Shown: positions 1-10,080, counted from the stretch's first letter. The stretch: 64,000 bases of DNA from Pseudomonadales bacterium (GCA_020632265.1 JACKFW010000001.1:401892-465891), one strand, 5' to 3'. A program made the numbers and translations. Notes: generated by a model not told the origin, from the letters alone.

Positions 1-75
1 CTTTTGAGAATGTTGGGGAAATGGAAGTGTTAAAGATTAGATGGGAGGAGATAAAGAAGTTGCATGCTCAACCTG

Positions 76-1458
76 CTACGATCTTACAACCGCAATAAGT
101 TTAACTTGAGCAAATTCCTTCATCCCGATTTCCCCATACTCTCTGCCCATACCACTCTTTTTATATCCCCCAAAAGGACACTCTGGCTTAAAGAAGTTAT
201 CTGTATTAATCGCAACAGTTCCAGCATGTATTTGCTTGGCAACTCTTTCTCCTTTTTCCAAATCTGTGGTGTAAATCTCTGCACTCAATCCGTATTCGGT
301 ATTATTTGCCAGCTCAATAACTTCTTTCTCCGATTTAAAAGGCACTATTGGCAATATTGGTCCAAAAACCTCTTGTGTTAGCACCTTCATATTGGGCTTT
401 AAGCCTGTTAATACTGTGGGTTCAAAATAATTTCCTTTTCTGAGTTCTTGATCGCTAGGCTGTTTGCCTCCAATTTCTACTTTTGCACCCTTAGTTACCG
501 CGTCTTTCATTTGAATTTTAAGTAGCTCTAGTTGTTTAGGTGAAACCAGCGGTCCTATATCATTTGACTTGTCCATTGGATTACCAACTTTGACAGAACT
601 TAACTTATCTACAAACAACTTAACCACCTTGTCATAAACTGGTTTTTCGACAAACAATCTCTTTATGGCAGTACAAACTTGTCCGCAATTTAGAAACCTA
701 GCCCAATATAAATTATCCATAGTTAAATCTAAATCAGCATCGGCAAATATTATTCCTGGACTACTTCCCCCCATTTCAAGGAGTGCTTTGATAAATTTTT
801 TGCCACACTTCTCATAGATTTCCTGACCAACTTTAGTACTGCCTGTAAACCATGCCAGATCAATGTCTTCATCGATTAACATGCTTCCAACATCACCCTT
901 GCCAATAAGCACATTTACAACTCCTTTAGGTATCCCTGTTTCATTTAGAAGATCAACTACCATTTTTTGGCTCAGGCTCGTATATTCTGAAGGTTTAAGA
1001 ATTACTGTGTTTCCAGCAATCAACGCTGGGGTTACACCTGAATTTGCCATTGATATAGGAAAATTCCAAGGAGCGATACAGGCACAAACACCATATGGCT
1101 CATGGGTTACCCTGAAGTGTTCCTTCCCCTTTTTAAGTACTGTTTCATCTGCGAAAAACTTCGGTCCGTTTTTAATGTAATAGTCAATAAACTCTATCTC
1201 CCAACTCACATCATCCAAAGACTGCTGTAATGGTTTGCCCATTTCAAGAGTGGTTAGCTTAGCAATTTTGTTCTTGTTTTTTAAAAGGAGTGTTCTGAAC
1301 TTTTTAATAAAACTGACTCTCTTTTCAACAGGTGTATTCTTCCAAGTTTCAAAGGCCTTCTTGGCATTCTTGACCGTGTTCTTAACATCTTTTTGTGTAG
1401 ATGTCTTTAATTCTCCGACTACTAATTGATCGTGGGGATTAATAATTTTCATCTTCAT
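76..1458 (-). CDS. NAD(P)-dependent aldehyde dehydrogenase family protein
   Basis: 460 aa with ALDH hallmarks: LEMGGSSP (ELGGKSP-like), catalytic Cys motif FLNCGQVCTA, FTGSTKVG. Confidence 0.85.
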   Translation of the reverse strand: MKMKIINPHDQLVVGELKTSTQKDVKNTVKNAKKAFETWKNTPVEKRVSFIKKFRTLLLKNKNKIAKLTTLEMGKPLQQSLDDVSWEIEFIDYYIKNGPKFFADETVLKKGKEHFRVTHEPYGVCACIAPWNFPISMANSGVTPALIAGNTVILKPSEYTSLSQKMVVDLLNETGIPKGVVNVLIGKGDVGSMLIDEDIDLAWFTGSTKVGQEIYEKCGKKFIKALLEMGGSSPGIIFADADLDLTMDNLYWARFLNCGQVCTAIKRLFVEKPVYDKVVKLFVDKLSSVKVGNPMDKSNDIGPLVSPKQLELLKIQMKDAVTKGAKVEIGGKQPSDQELRKGNYFEPTVLTGLKPNMKVLTQEVFGPILPIVPFKSEKEVIELANNTEYGLSAEIYTTDLEKGERVAKQIHAGTVAINTDNFFKPECPFGGYKKSGMGREYGEIGMKEFAQVKLIAVVRS

Positions 1459-1460
1459 AT

Positions 1461-1931
1461 CTATACTCCTCCTCTTTGGTCAACTAGACCTCCAAGATAA
1501 CTTGCTTTATATATCAATTTATCGCCTTTTACAATGGCTTCTTCTCCTGAGAACCTGTCAACTTCACCCTCCCATTTATTGGTATAGGTAAATTCGCCCT
1601 CCGTAAATTCTTCTGGTCCACGAAAAGGATAATCTTCCGGCATTTGTTTCAATGCTCCTCTCAGAACTGCATATACCGGATCAGTTTCTACACCTTCCTC
1701 AACCCAACCATAATAAACCATCATCCAATAAGGTTTATCTTCATGAAATACAACAGTTCTGCCTCCATAAGGCTCACCACCAAAAAAGTTATCGTGTGAT
1801 TTCCAAGAATCCTTCTCGAAAGGAATGGTAGTTGATCCGTCTGGTTCTTTTATCCACTTTTTTTCCTCACCACCAGCATAACCAGCTTTATTTGAATCAA
1901 CCAAAAATTGTCTTAATGCTTCTTTACTCAT
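1461..1931 (-). CDS. hypothetical protein
   Basis: 156-aa ORF tightly coupled to the neighbouring genes with no recognisable motif. Confidence 0.4.
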   Translation of the reverse strand: MSKEALRQFLVDSNKAGYAGGEEKKWIKEPDGSTTIPFEKDSWKSHDNFFGGEPYGGRTVVFHEDKPYWMMVYYGWVEEGVETDPVYAVLRGALKQMPEDYPFRGPEEFTEGEFTYTNKWEGEVDRFSGEEAIVKGDKLIYKASYLGGLVDQRGGV

Positions 1932-2563
1932 TTTAATTCTTTTAATAACTCATCAGATGTGATTGTTTTTCCATACATCTTAGGAAAAGTAAATTTAATT
2001 AATAACTTCTGGAGTTCTTGCCTAGTTTTATCATCCGTAGTTTCAATTAGGTCCTTAAGAATTACAAAGTTAAAACCTTTTGCAAAACCGCTTACAACCG
2101 AAGCTAAAACACAACCATCTGAAAAAATACCAGCAATCACAATATATCTAATGCCTTTTTCTTTTAGTTTTTTTAATAAATCTTCATTTGTGAAAGCATC
2201 ATAAGTATTTTTGGCAATAACAAAGTCGCTTTTTTCGGGTTTAACTGTATAGAATTCTTCATCAAAACCAGTTGCGTCTTCAGAGTAGTATTCTGCTTCT
2301 GGATCGGTGTAAAGCTCGTTTAAGTTGTCTGGCAAATGTTCTTTTGTCCAAGGCGTAATGGTGGTTAGCACAACAAGACCACCAACCTCTTTACGATATC
2401 TTTTTACAAACTCATCAAGCTTGGGAAGCATTTTTCTGATCTTAGAGAAGTAAATATTCCATTCTGGGGTTTCGCATTTCTCATGAGCACATGAATTAAC
2501 AGGATCAATGACTAACAATGCAGTATTAACTTTGTCCATGTCTTTATATATCTTCATATTCAT
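1928..2563 (-). CDS. isochorismatase-family cysteine hydrolase
   Basis: N-terminal ALLVIDPVNS and IVIAGIFSDGCVLASV, typical of isochorismatase/cysteine hydrolases. Confidence 0.7.
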   Translation of the reverse strand: MNMKIYKDMDKVNTALLVIDPVNSCAHEKCETPEWNIYFSKIRKMLPKLDEFVKRYRKEVGGLVVLTTITPWTKEHLPDNLNELYTDPEAEYYSEDATGFDEEFYTVKPEKSDFVIAKNTYDAFTNEDLLKKLKEKGIRYIVIAGIFSDGCVLASVVSGFAKGFNFVILKDLIETTDDKTRQELQKLLIKFTFPKMYGKTITSDELLKELK

Positions 2564-2825
2564 TTTTAAAAAAACTCATTTAATGACAAATTGCTGGGAA
2601 CGAAAAACATATTATACCAGAAAGCAACTGCCATATAATCCTTGCTCTTAGCTTTCTTTGCAAACTGCATAAATGTTGCTTTGGCTTTTTTCTTTTTCAT
2701 TCTTCTTTTTTAACACCCAATAGGTGCAGACCTGTATTAATGTGAATTGTCCTTGTATTTGCGCTTTTTGCAAGCGGTTTTTGAAAGCCTAAAGCCAGAG
2801 TAGATGTAGCAATGCTTTCGATAAA

Positions 2826-3083
2826 TCAACCTTCTTCACTAACCAGCATTTTGTCATCTATATCCATTCCCTGAGCTTTCAACCACTTCAAGCCTTTTAC
2901 CATCTGAAACCCTAGGGGCATAGTTAAATCATCAAGGTTCTCATTATCCCAAAGATCAGTCCTGTAAACCGCCATGATCTTAAATGGAGCTAATAATGTC
3001 CAAGCCCCAAAGTGTTTCAACTCCTTTTTCCTGTATAGCCTGTGAGAAACCCATGTCATGTAATTTCTTTGAAGATCAACCAA
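2826..3083 (-). pseudogene. short ORF / gene remnant abutting a partial repeat copy
   Basis: 85-aa ORF; upstream reading frame broken by a stop; ends at truncated repeat E1. Confidence 0.25.
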
Positions 3084-3152
3084 TCCTTCTGCGCTGGAAT
3101 CATCTTTAGGAAGTTTATCCTTGCCGATTGTTTCAATTACTGTTTTCCAGTT

Positions 3153-3207
3153 CCCTCAACAGGTTGTTACTCGAACTAGAAAGTGGGTTGAACACTATTT
3201 ATTTTTA
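3153..3207. repeat. repeat family copy E1 (partial R-arm plus extension a)
   Basis: CCCTCAACAGGTTGTTACTCGAACTAGAAAGTGGGTTGAAC, a degenerate match to the R-arm GCTCCCCCGACAGGTTGTTACTCGAACTAGGAGGTGGGTGGAAA. Confidence 0.6.
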
Positions 3208-3225
3208 GGTTAAGAAAAGATTCTT

Positions 3226-3738
3226 CTAATTTTTTTTATTAACAACTGGTTCATGTGAAAATGAAGCTTCTCTAATCGCAACTAAATCAGGTTCATCTTC
3301 AACCATTCTCATAATTGTATCTTGAAAAGCTCCAGCAGTAGCATGATATGCAAGCTTAATAAGTGCATCTTCTGTCAAGTTGGATACATCATCAAGAACC
3401 TGAAAAGCGTGATAAAACCACAACATCCAAAGTCTCTCAGAGTCATCTTCATAGTGAATTTCTGTATCATCAAAAATATCAATTCTATATTTCAAAACAC
3501 TATTTTGAGGATTTTGCATATAAGCTACATATGCAGCTTTTTCTGTTGGAGAATATGATTCCCACTTAATTGGCTTGCCAGTCATACCGTCATCAACTTC
3601 CATAAAATTGACTTTAGGAAATGCTTTTCTCCAAGCCTCTAAATCTGATAGCTCACCATGATTTTTAACTATATCAAAAATAATTTGTTTTTGTGTGTCA
3701 AAATCAACTCTTTTTTCTGCTCCACTCCATCTACCCAT
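3226..3738 (-). CDS. hypothetical protein
   Basis: 170-aa ORF flanked by repeat copies E1 and E2. Confidence 0.45.
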   Translation of the reverse strand: MGRWSGAEKRVDFDTQKQIIFDIVKNHGELSDLEAWRKAFPKVNFMEVDDGMTGKPIKWESYSPTEKAAYVAYMQNPQNSVLKYRIDIFDDTEIHYEDDSERLWMLWFYHAFQVLDDVSNLTEDALIKLAYHATAGAFQDTIMRMVEDEPDLVAIREASFSHEPVVNKKN

Positions 3739-3826
3739 AAATACCTTTCAATATTAATATTTAGTCAGTTAAGAATAATATATTTCCACACTGACTAAAT
3801 GTCAAATTATATTAAAATGTTTCAAC

Positions 3827-3993
3827 GGTTCGAGTCCCAGACCAACCTGTCCTATCGGGGGTATATTAGTGAAAAAGATTGGTATATAGTCATAATTAAA
3901 CCTATAATTGTAAAAGCTCCCCCGACAGGTCGTTACTCGAACCGATTTAGCCTGGAGAACAAATGTTGAAAAATATGTTATGGGATTTTTGTT
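3827..3993. repeat. repeat family copy E2 (L-arm, spacer, R-arm, extension b with mini-ORF)
   Basis: GGTTCGAGTCCCAGACCAACCTGTCCTATCGGGGG ... AAAAGCTCCCCCGACAGGTCGTTACTCGAAC ... CCTGGAGAACAAATGTTGAAAAATATGTTATGGGATTTTTGTTT. Confidence 0.8.
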
Positions 3994-4039
3994 TAATTAT
4001 TCTAAATCTAATTGATATATTAATATACAAACTTAGCTT

Positions 4040-4342
4040 TTAATTTTTATTCTTCATTCTTAAGTAATTTTTTCCATTTTTTGCATTAACAGTTTCCTCT
4101 ATTACAAAACCGTTTTGATTATATAAACTAACAGCAGCCTCATTAGTTTCATCAACTTCTAAAGAAATGGTACCAGTAATCATTTCTCGTATTTTTTTTA
4201 AAAGACGAGTAGCTATACCACGTCTTCTTTGATTTTCATCCACAGATAAATCTTGTATATAGAAACCTTCTTCTCTTCTATTTTTTCTAATTTTAGCGCT
4301 TCCTACGACTTTACCACCCTCTATTTCTTCTATATTTCGCAT
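4040..4342 (-). CDS. GNAT family N-acetyltransferase (small)
   Basis: GNAT motif A-like VDENQRRRGIATRLLKKI. Confidence 0.6.
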   Translation of the reverse strand: MRNIEEIEGGKVVGSAKIRKNRREEGFYIQDLSVDENQRRRGIATRLLKKIREMITGTISLEVDETNEAAVSLYNQNGFVIEETVNAKNGKNYLRMKNKN

Positions 4343-4522
4343 AATTACTCCCAGTATGTTTTATTTGCATTATTATAGCAAATTATTTTCATTTAATTAA
4401 CTTCACATACCAAAAGAGTTTTACTTAAAAAATATATTTATCCTCCTAAGCTGCCTCTTTCATAAAATTATATCTATACAACAATTAAAGACTCAGTGTG
4501 GAAATATCTCAATTAAAAAAAA

Positions 4523-4652
4523 TCCCAGGCTAACCTGTCCTATCGGGGGAATATTTGTGAAAAAGGATTGATATATGGATGTAATTAAACCTATAATTTA
4601 AAAGCTTTCCCTACTGGACTCATTACGGAACGGGTATGAGGAAGAATTGCTG
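4523..4652. repeat. repeat family copy E3 (truncated L-arm, spacer, R2-arm)
   Basis: TCCCAGGCTAACCTGTCCTATCGGGGG ... AAAAGCTTTCCCTACTGGACTCATTACGGAACGGGTATGAGGAAGAATTGCTGA. Confidence 0.75.
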
Positions 4653-4695
4653 ACTATTTCAAAAAGAGACATTAATGAATTTGAAGCATATTGTC

Positions 4696-5001
4696 CTAAA
4701 ATAGTCCAGAAAAGAGAAGAACTAAAACTCCAATAGTGATAACTGCAAAGATTGCTATTGTTTTAACAAATAAGTTTACAGCATCTTTTTGCTTTCCTTC
4801 AATAAAAAGCATAAGAGGTTGGTAAAAAAACAAGAACGCCATTACTGCAACAGAAAGGGTAAGTACAAATAAAACTGTGATTGGAGCAAAAAATGTGTCA
4901 GGCTTATCCCTTAACGGTTGAGTTACAAAGTTCATAATTGAAACAACAAGAAATATATATGCTGAAGCACTAAAAGCATTAACAACAGGATTTTTAGACA
5001 T
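4696..5001 (-). CDS. small integral membrane protein
   Basis: 101 aa with three predicted hydrophobic helices. Confidence 0.45.
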   Translation of the reverse strand: MSKNPVVNAFSASAYIFLVVSIMNFVTQPLRDKPDTFFAPITVLFVLTLSVAVMAFLFFYQPLMLFIEGKQKDAVNLFVKTIAIFAVITIGVLVLLFSGLF

Positions 5002-5092
5002 AATGAAATTATATACTAAAATTGCTCTTCATATTAGTCTATGTTTAAAAAATACTCAAGAAATAAATAACTATTGAACATACTGTGCTAAA

Positions 5093-5317
5093 ATGAGTAC
5101 TATGAAATTAACTAACGACAGTTATGTCATAACAATGGGAACAAAAAACTTTACTGAAAAATATTATCGTGATAAAGATGGATGGGTAAAGATATCTGCA
5201 AAAGGAAATATGTTTCGTATGACTGCAGAACAATTTCTTAATCATTTACTTCCTGCTATTGCAGAAGTTAAACCAAACCTGACTTGGAAAGTAAAATATA
5301 TTCCAAAAGAAGATTAG
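5093..5317 (+). CDS. hypothetical protein
   Basis: 74-aa plus-strand ORF inside the otherwise minus-strand array. Confidence 0.35.
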   Translation: MSTMKLTNDSYVITMGTKNFTEKYYRDKDGWVKISAKGNMFRMTAEQFLNHLLPAIAEVKPNLTWKVKYIPKED

Positions 5318-5345
5318 ATTGATTTAATGGTATAAATTAGACTTT

Positions 5346-5426
5346 GCTCCCCCGCCGGGTCGTTTCTCGAACTAATTTAGCCTGGAGAACAAATGTTGAG
5401 AGATTTGTTATGGGATTTTTGTTTGA
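5346..5426. repeat. repeat family copy E4 (R-arm plus extension b with mini-ORF)
   Basis: GCTCCCCCGCCGGGTCGTTTCTCGAACTAATTTAGCCTGGAGAACAAATGTTGAGAGATTTGTTATGGGATTTTTGTTTGA. Confidence 0.75.
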
Positions 5427-5441
5427 AAAAAATGAAGGTGC

Positions 5442-5828
5442 TTATATTATTTGATTAATAAGATCTAACATTTTCTCAGAAAAATCTTGAGGTCTTTGAG
5501 CTATATCGGTATCAGAATGATTTTTGAATCTAGGATCTTGAATTTGAATCATTAATGATTTTAGCCTGTTCAATTGTTCTAATGAACTTTTTCTTCCTTT
5601 AAGAACATAACCCCAAGGCACAGAAATTAAATACGCTTCCGTTTGCCAACCACTACTTTTTAACATCTCGTCTTTTAACAAAGCACGAAGATTCCTAGCA
5701 TCTTGAAGAATAGTAATTTCCTCTAACGAGAATGGAACATCAATCTTCACAGTTCTATCATGTTCTGGAAAATAAAATTCATAAAATGTGTTACCAACTA
5801 CAGGTTCATCATCTTTTCTTTTTATCAT
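5442..5828 (-). CDS. hypothetical protein
   Basis: 128-aa ORF between E4 and the next unit. Confidence 0.45.
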   Translation of the reverse strand: MIKRKDDEPVVGNTFYEFYFPEHDRTVKIDVPFSLEEITILQDARNLRALLKDEMLKSSGWQTEAYLISVPWGYVLKGRKSSLEQLNRLKSLMIQIQDPRFKNHSDTDIAQRPQDFSEKMLDLINQII

Positions 5829-5850
5829 TTTTAAATCCTTAATGTAATTG

Positions 5851-6135
5851 TTAATTACTATAACGAGCTCTTTGTCTCACTAAGTACTCCTTATTAGGAA
5901 ATTCTAAACTCTGATCTGTATACCATTTTTCTAATCTATCTAATAATTCTAAATTGTCCGCATCTGAAAAATCTGTTGACTCTTTTTCGATAATCATTTC
6001 TGTATTAATCATGCTCCTCACTAAGTCAGGAGGAACTTGGGTTGGGTCAACAAATGAATCCATTCTTTGTTTAATCAAACTCAGGTTATCACGATAATTT
6101 TCTATTATTGTTGGTTGTAACTTGTATTCCTTCAT
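5851..6135 (-). CDS. hypothetical protein (start trimmed to internal Met)
   Basis: Track ORF 5851..6186 reads into the E5 L-arm; MKEYKLQ start at 6135 is more plausible. Confidence 0.4.
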   Translation of the reverse strand: MKEYKLQPTIIENYRDNLSLIKQRMDSFVDPTQVPPDLVRSMINTEMIIEKESTDFSDADNLELLDRLEKWYTDQSLEFPNKEYLVRQRARYSN

Positions 6136-6167
6136 ACTAACGCATATTATAGCAAAAAAAATTGAAC

Positions 6168-6300
6168 GGTTCGAGCCCCAGGCCAACCTGTCCTATCGGG
6201 GTATATGTATTGAAAAAAGATTGGTATATAGGCATAAATAAGCCTATAATTTAAAAGCTCCCCCGACAGGTTGTTACTCGAACTAGGAGGTGGGTGGAAA
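6168..6300. repeat. repeat family copy E5 (complete: L-arm, spacer, R-arm, extension a)
   Basis: GGTTCGAGCCCCAGGCCAACCTGTCCTATCGGGG ... CCTATAATTTAAAAGCTCCCCCGACAGGTTGTTACTCGAACTAGGAGGTGGGTGGAAA. Confidence 0.85.
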
Positions 6301-6305
6301 ATTAT

Positions 6306-7475
6306 TTATTTATCACTAACAAACCATTTTCTTCTTGCAAAATATAATATACTTAAAATAATCAATAAAATAAATGAGTTAAACATTAGGGCTGAAGTTA
6401 ACCCATATCTATCTCCAACAAATCCAAGAACTGGACCAAAACCAGCATAGATAAATCTTCTAATTAAATTCATAAATGAAAGTACTGTAGCTGCACGATT
6501 AGTTGGAACAAGTGCTAATACCTTATGAGAAATTAGTGTTTGATTTATTACCATAAAAATACTAAAAAATGCCCACAACGGAATTACGTAAATCCCAGGA
6601 AAAGCTCCTAGTACAAATAAAGAAATAATTGTAACTAAACTCATAGTAATAAATGGTCTTTTTATCAGTTTCTCTAAATTATTTATTTGTGATGATGCAA
6701 GAGCTGCGAGAATGTTAAAACTTGCGAAAATTACACCAAAATAAACCACTGGTACATTTAACATTTGTAAATATGGTTGTGAAAACCAGTTTGTTGACCA
6801 AATTAGAGCATTAAACGAAGCAAAAAATAGAATAAACCATAATACTCTCTTTTCTTTAGTAACAATCTTCAAACTTTCTTTAATAATTTGAACATATTCG
6901 GTTCTTTCTTCCCTAGGAAGCTCTTCTGAAGTTTTGGCAAAAAATAAACTAGTAATAAACGCTAAAAACGTTGAAACTGCGGTCACTAATAAAGTTAAAC
7001 TCAATGAAATTGAACCCAATAAACCACCCAACACATTACTGGTAGCTCTGGACATACTGGAGAGACCACGGACTTTCCCCTCTACATTTTTATATTCAGA
7101 TTCTCTATTGTTTGACTTTAGTGATTCGTGTAAAAATGCACTATCAGCCCCAGAAATGAGGGCTGAACCAACACCAAGAATTAGTTCTCCAATTATAAAG
7201 TGCCAAAAAACGTTTCCCATTCCATAAATAAAAAATCCTAGTGAGAAAAAAAGTGCGCCAAAAACCAAGCTTATTCTTTTCCCAAAATAATCAGCTAATG
7301 CTCCAGTTGGTAGTTCCAGAAAAACTACACTCACTGCATAAATTGACTGCAATAACATTATTTGAGAAAAATTCAGTCCTTTTGATTGCCAAAACAAAAC
7401 AATAACTGGAGCAAAAAATCCTAAGTTATTAAAAAACTGAAAAGAATAGTATTTTTTTTCATTACTAAATGTCAT
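6306..7475 (-). CDS. MFS transporter
   Basis: 389 aa with ~11 TM helices and MFS motif A GALADYFGKRISL. Confidence 0.7.
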   Translation of the reverse strand: MTFSNEKKYYSFQFFNNLGFFAPVIVLFWQSKGLNFSQIMLLQSIYAVSVVFLELPTGALADYFGKRISLVFGALFFSLGFFIYGMGNVFWHFIIGELILGVGSALISGADSAFLHESLKSNNRESEYKNVEGKVRGLSSMSRATSNVLGGLLGSISLSLTLLVTAVSTFLAFITSLFFAKTSEELPREERTEYVQIIKESLKIVTKEKRVLWFILFFASFNALIWSTNWFSQPYLQMLNVPVVYFGVIFASFNILAALASSQINNLEKLIKRPFITMSLVTIISLFVLGAFPGIYVIPLWAFFSIFMVINQTLISHKVLALVPTNRAATVLSFMNLIRRFIYAGFGPVLGFVGDRYGLTSALMFNSFILLIILSILYFARRKWFVSDK

Positions 7476-7505
7476 TTAGTAATTATAGCAGGCAAATATA
7501 TCTCA

Positions 7506-7637
7506 GTTCGAGTCCCAGGCTAAGCTGTCCTATCGGGGTCATATTAGTGAAAAAAGGATTGATTTATAGGCATAAATAAGCCTATAATTTAAATGCTCCC
7601 CCGACAGGTTGTTACTCGAACTAGGAGGTGGGTGGAA
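7506..7637. repeat. repeat family copy E6 (complete, extension a)
   Basis: GTTCGAGTCCCAGGCTAAGCTGTCCTATCGGGG ... AAATGCTCCCCCGACAGGTTGTTACTCGAACTAGGAGGTGGGTGGAAA; 95% identical to E5. Confidence 0.85.
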
Positions 7638-7639
7638 AG

Positions 7640-8305
7640 TTATTTATTCAAAAACTTTTCAATTTCAGACATTACAATATCGCATTCATCCTGAGACAGT
7701 CTAAAATCATGTCCCATGTCTGGCTGACGAACAACGTGTGGGTTTTTTGCATTAGCCACTATTCTTTCTGTATCGGTGGGAGGAATGCTTTTATCATCTA
7801 AAGCAATAAATATCATAATTGGCTTATGAATATTTTTAACTTCATTAGCAGCTGAATATTGCATTCCGTCAGTAACAAAAGCATAAGGAATATCAAAAAA
7901 TCTAAACTTCTCTGAATTATTTGGAAGATCTCTTTTTGAATGTCTTGACTTATCTTTTTCCCAACGCAATGATGGACCAATTCTATCTGGAGGTGGACAA
8001 AGGGAAATAATTCTGGTAACTTCTGAAATTCTAGCTCCTGCAACAATAGCTGTAAAACCTCCTAAGCTATGACCTATTAAAATTATTTCTTCTAGATTTT
8101 GCTTACTGTAAAAATTAACTCTATCTTTCACTTGCTTAATATAATTGGTAATTAAATAGTTTTTTGTATCGCCAGTTTCCCATAAGTGACAGGGATCTAA
8201 TATTTCGACTGTATAACCAAGCTCCCTCAACCTTTTCTCAAAACTTATCATATGTAAATAATCAGGAGAATCTAGGTATCCTGGAAGTAATAATGCAACT
8301 TTCAT
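7640..8305 (-). CDS. alpha/beta-hydrolase fold serine hydrolase
   Basis: Nucleophile elbow ILIGHSLGGFTAIV (GxSxG) plus downstream D/H. Confidence 0.7.
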   Translation of the reverse strand: MKVALLLPGYLDSPDYLHMISFEKRLRELGYTVEILDPCHLWETGDTKNYLITNYIKQVKDRVNFYSKQNLEEIILIGHSLGGFTAIVAGARISEVTRIISLCPPPDRIGPSLRWEKDKSRHSKRDLPNNSEKFRFFDIPYAFVTDGMQYSAANEVKNIHKPIMIFIALDDKSIPPTDTERIVANAKNPHVVRQPDMGHDFRLSQDECDIVMSEIEKFLNK

Positions 8306-8307
8306 AT

Positions 8308-8928
8308 TTACTTTTCCCCCAATCCTATTCTTGTTTTACAAAGTTCTAAAACAAGCGGAAATTCAGTAAATACTCCTCCCATATGTCCTCCCCCTTTAAC
8401 AAAAATTTTACTGCTATTAATTTTGTTGGCAAAATCAATTGCAATTTCCTTAGTAACATATGGATCGTTTTCACTTATGAGAGAATAAGAAACAGGAATA
8501 ATTTTTTTTATATTATCAAAATTAAACTTTTCATTATAAAAATCGCTGTTAATTTGATCAAAAATTGGTACTCCAAGATTTTGAATAAATGGTGAGACAA
8601 AAATAGCTGAATCTAAGTTTACATCAAATTTTGAGACCATGTTTAATACAAATGCTGGAGATAGTGAATGACACACTACAATAAACTTCTCATTTTTAAC
8701 TTTATCCAACACATCACTTTCAAAATAGGTAAACCAATTCTTCAAAGTTTGGTTTTTGGGAATATAATCACCAGTTTGCTCTAATTCTTTTTCAGCAACT
8801 TCGTAATTGTCTACTGGCATTTGAGGTCTTATTACTTCTTGCTTTAATTTAACTAGCTCTTGATCTAACCAAGGGAACCAATTACCATCTCTAGAACCAA
8901 ATGTTCCATGAAGAATTAAGAATTTCAT
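8308..8928 (-). CDS. alpha/beta-hydrolase-like protein (YdeN/RBBP9-like?)
   Basis: 206 aa with VVCHSLSP elbow-like segment; translationally coupled to the upstream hydrolase. Confidence 0.45.
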   Translation of the reverse strand: MKFLILHGTFGSRDGNWFPWLDQELVKLKQEVIRPQMPVDNYEVAEKELEQTGDYIPKNQTLKNWFTYFESDVLDKVKNEKFIVVCHSLSPAFVLNMVSKFDVNLDSAIFVSPFIQNLGVPIFDQINSDFYNEKFNFDNIKKIIPVSYSLISENDPYVTKEIAIDFANKINSSKIFVKGGGHMGGVFTEFPLVLELCKTRIGLGEK

Positions 8929-8958
8929 ATGGAGGAATTATAGCAAAGTTATTTATTT

Positions 8959-9057
8959 GTTCGAGTCCTATCGGGATCTATTAAATCTACTTTAGGAAAA
9001 AAGTGGTGCTCCCCCTATTGGACTCGTTACGGAACGGATATGAAGAGGGGTTGTTGA
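8959..9057. repeat. repeat family copy E7 (short L-arm, alternate spacer, R2-arm)
   Basis: GTTCGAGTCCTATCGGG ... AAGTGGTGCTCCCCCTATTGGACTCGTTACGGAACGGATATGAAGAGGGGTTGTTGA. Confidence 0.75.
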
Positions 9058-9480
9058 GGATTTCTGCAAGTGAAACTAGTGTGATTTTTAAAGAATTTAG
9101 AAATACACTATTCGTTATTTCACAACCAATTTAATAAAAAACTTATTGTCGCAACTCTTTTACTCGAATATACAGGTATTTTAGCTAATGTGTGTTAACC
9201 TCTAGATTCTGAATTTGCACAGTGAATAGCACCAATTAAAACTTCTGACTTATTACCTTGCTTGTTTCATTTTGAAACAATTAACAGCAAATTTCTTGAG
9301 GATACAAAATAATACTTAAGCTGGTACAATTAGACAAGGCAAAATGTGTCATTGAATTATATGACCCCGTTGTAATTATTAAAGAATAATTTTCCAGAAT
9401 ATAAGAAACTTTAACAAAATTGGTCGTTTACTTATAATAAGATGATATAATAATATTGTAAATTATTATAAGGATTAATT

Positions 9481-10023
9481 ATGATTTCAAAAGAAGAAGA
9501 AGTGATACAAAAAACACTTATTACTCCATACAGAATAAATACACATATAGCCAATTATTGTGACCATGAATTATTTGAAAGTGAGATCCAAAAGACTCAG
9601 ACAGGTACTAAAGCAGAAGTACATATTACAAATGGTGAACCTCCATCTAGTGCAGATTATTGCGATGTAAATGCTACAGTGAGTAGGGGTTTTCAAAAAG
9701 AAATTGATGGAATTCATTATTCAGTTGATGAAATGCGTTTAACTCCAAATGGAAAAAACCAAGTATTAGTAATTGAAGTATTTAATCCAATAGGAGTTGT
9801 GCCAATTGAATTAGCTGTTTTAACACAGAGAAGAACAGTTGCCCGAACTGATAAGCCAGCAAAAATTGTGCTCAAAATTTATAGGTATGAAGGCAAAGAA
9901 GTTTCTGTTATTGATTATGTTTCCAATCGAGCTGAAATTCAAAACTCTCCATATAGTCCACCATCCTTTTTAGTCACTGATGAAGAAAAAAAACTTATGG
10001 AATTACTAGAAATGAAATCTTAA
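9481..10023 (+). CDS. hypothetical protein
   Basis: 180-aa plus-strand ORF after a 420-bp AT-rich region carrying several TATAAT-like boxes. Confidence 0.45.
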   Translation: MISKEEEVIQKTLITPYRINTHIANYCDHELFESEIQKTQTGTKAEVHITNGEPPSSADYCDVNATVSRGFQKEIDGIHYSVDEMRLTPNGKNQVLVIEVFNPIGVVPIELAVLTQRRTVARTDKPAKIVLKIYRYEGKEVSVIDYVSNRAEIQNSPYSPPSFLVTDEEKKLMELLEMKS

Positions 10024-10080
10024 AACTTCCTCCAACCCTCAAATCTTTCTCTAAAGTGACGTATGCGGAATATTAAAGTA

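Noticed and set aside
3827-3870. L-arms (GGTTCGAGTCC...) as genuine tRNA genes or tRNA fragments with a cloverleaf
   Set aside because: Only the T-loop-like GTTCGAG and the CGGGGG run resemble tRNA. No T-stem, acceptor or anticodon arm can be folded, so these are motif copies and not tRNA pseudogenes.
6136-6186. N-terminal extension of ORF 5851..6186
   Set aside because: It reads through the conserved L-arm of repeat E5. The internal start MKEYKLQ at 6135 is more plausible.
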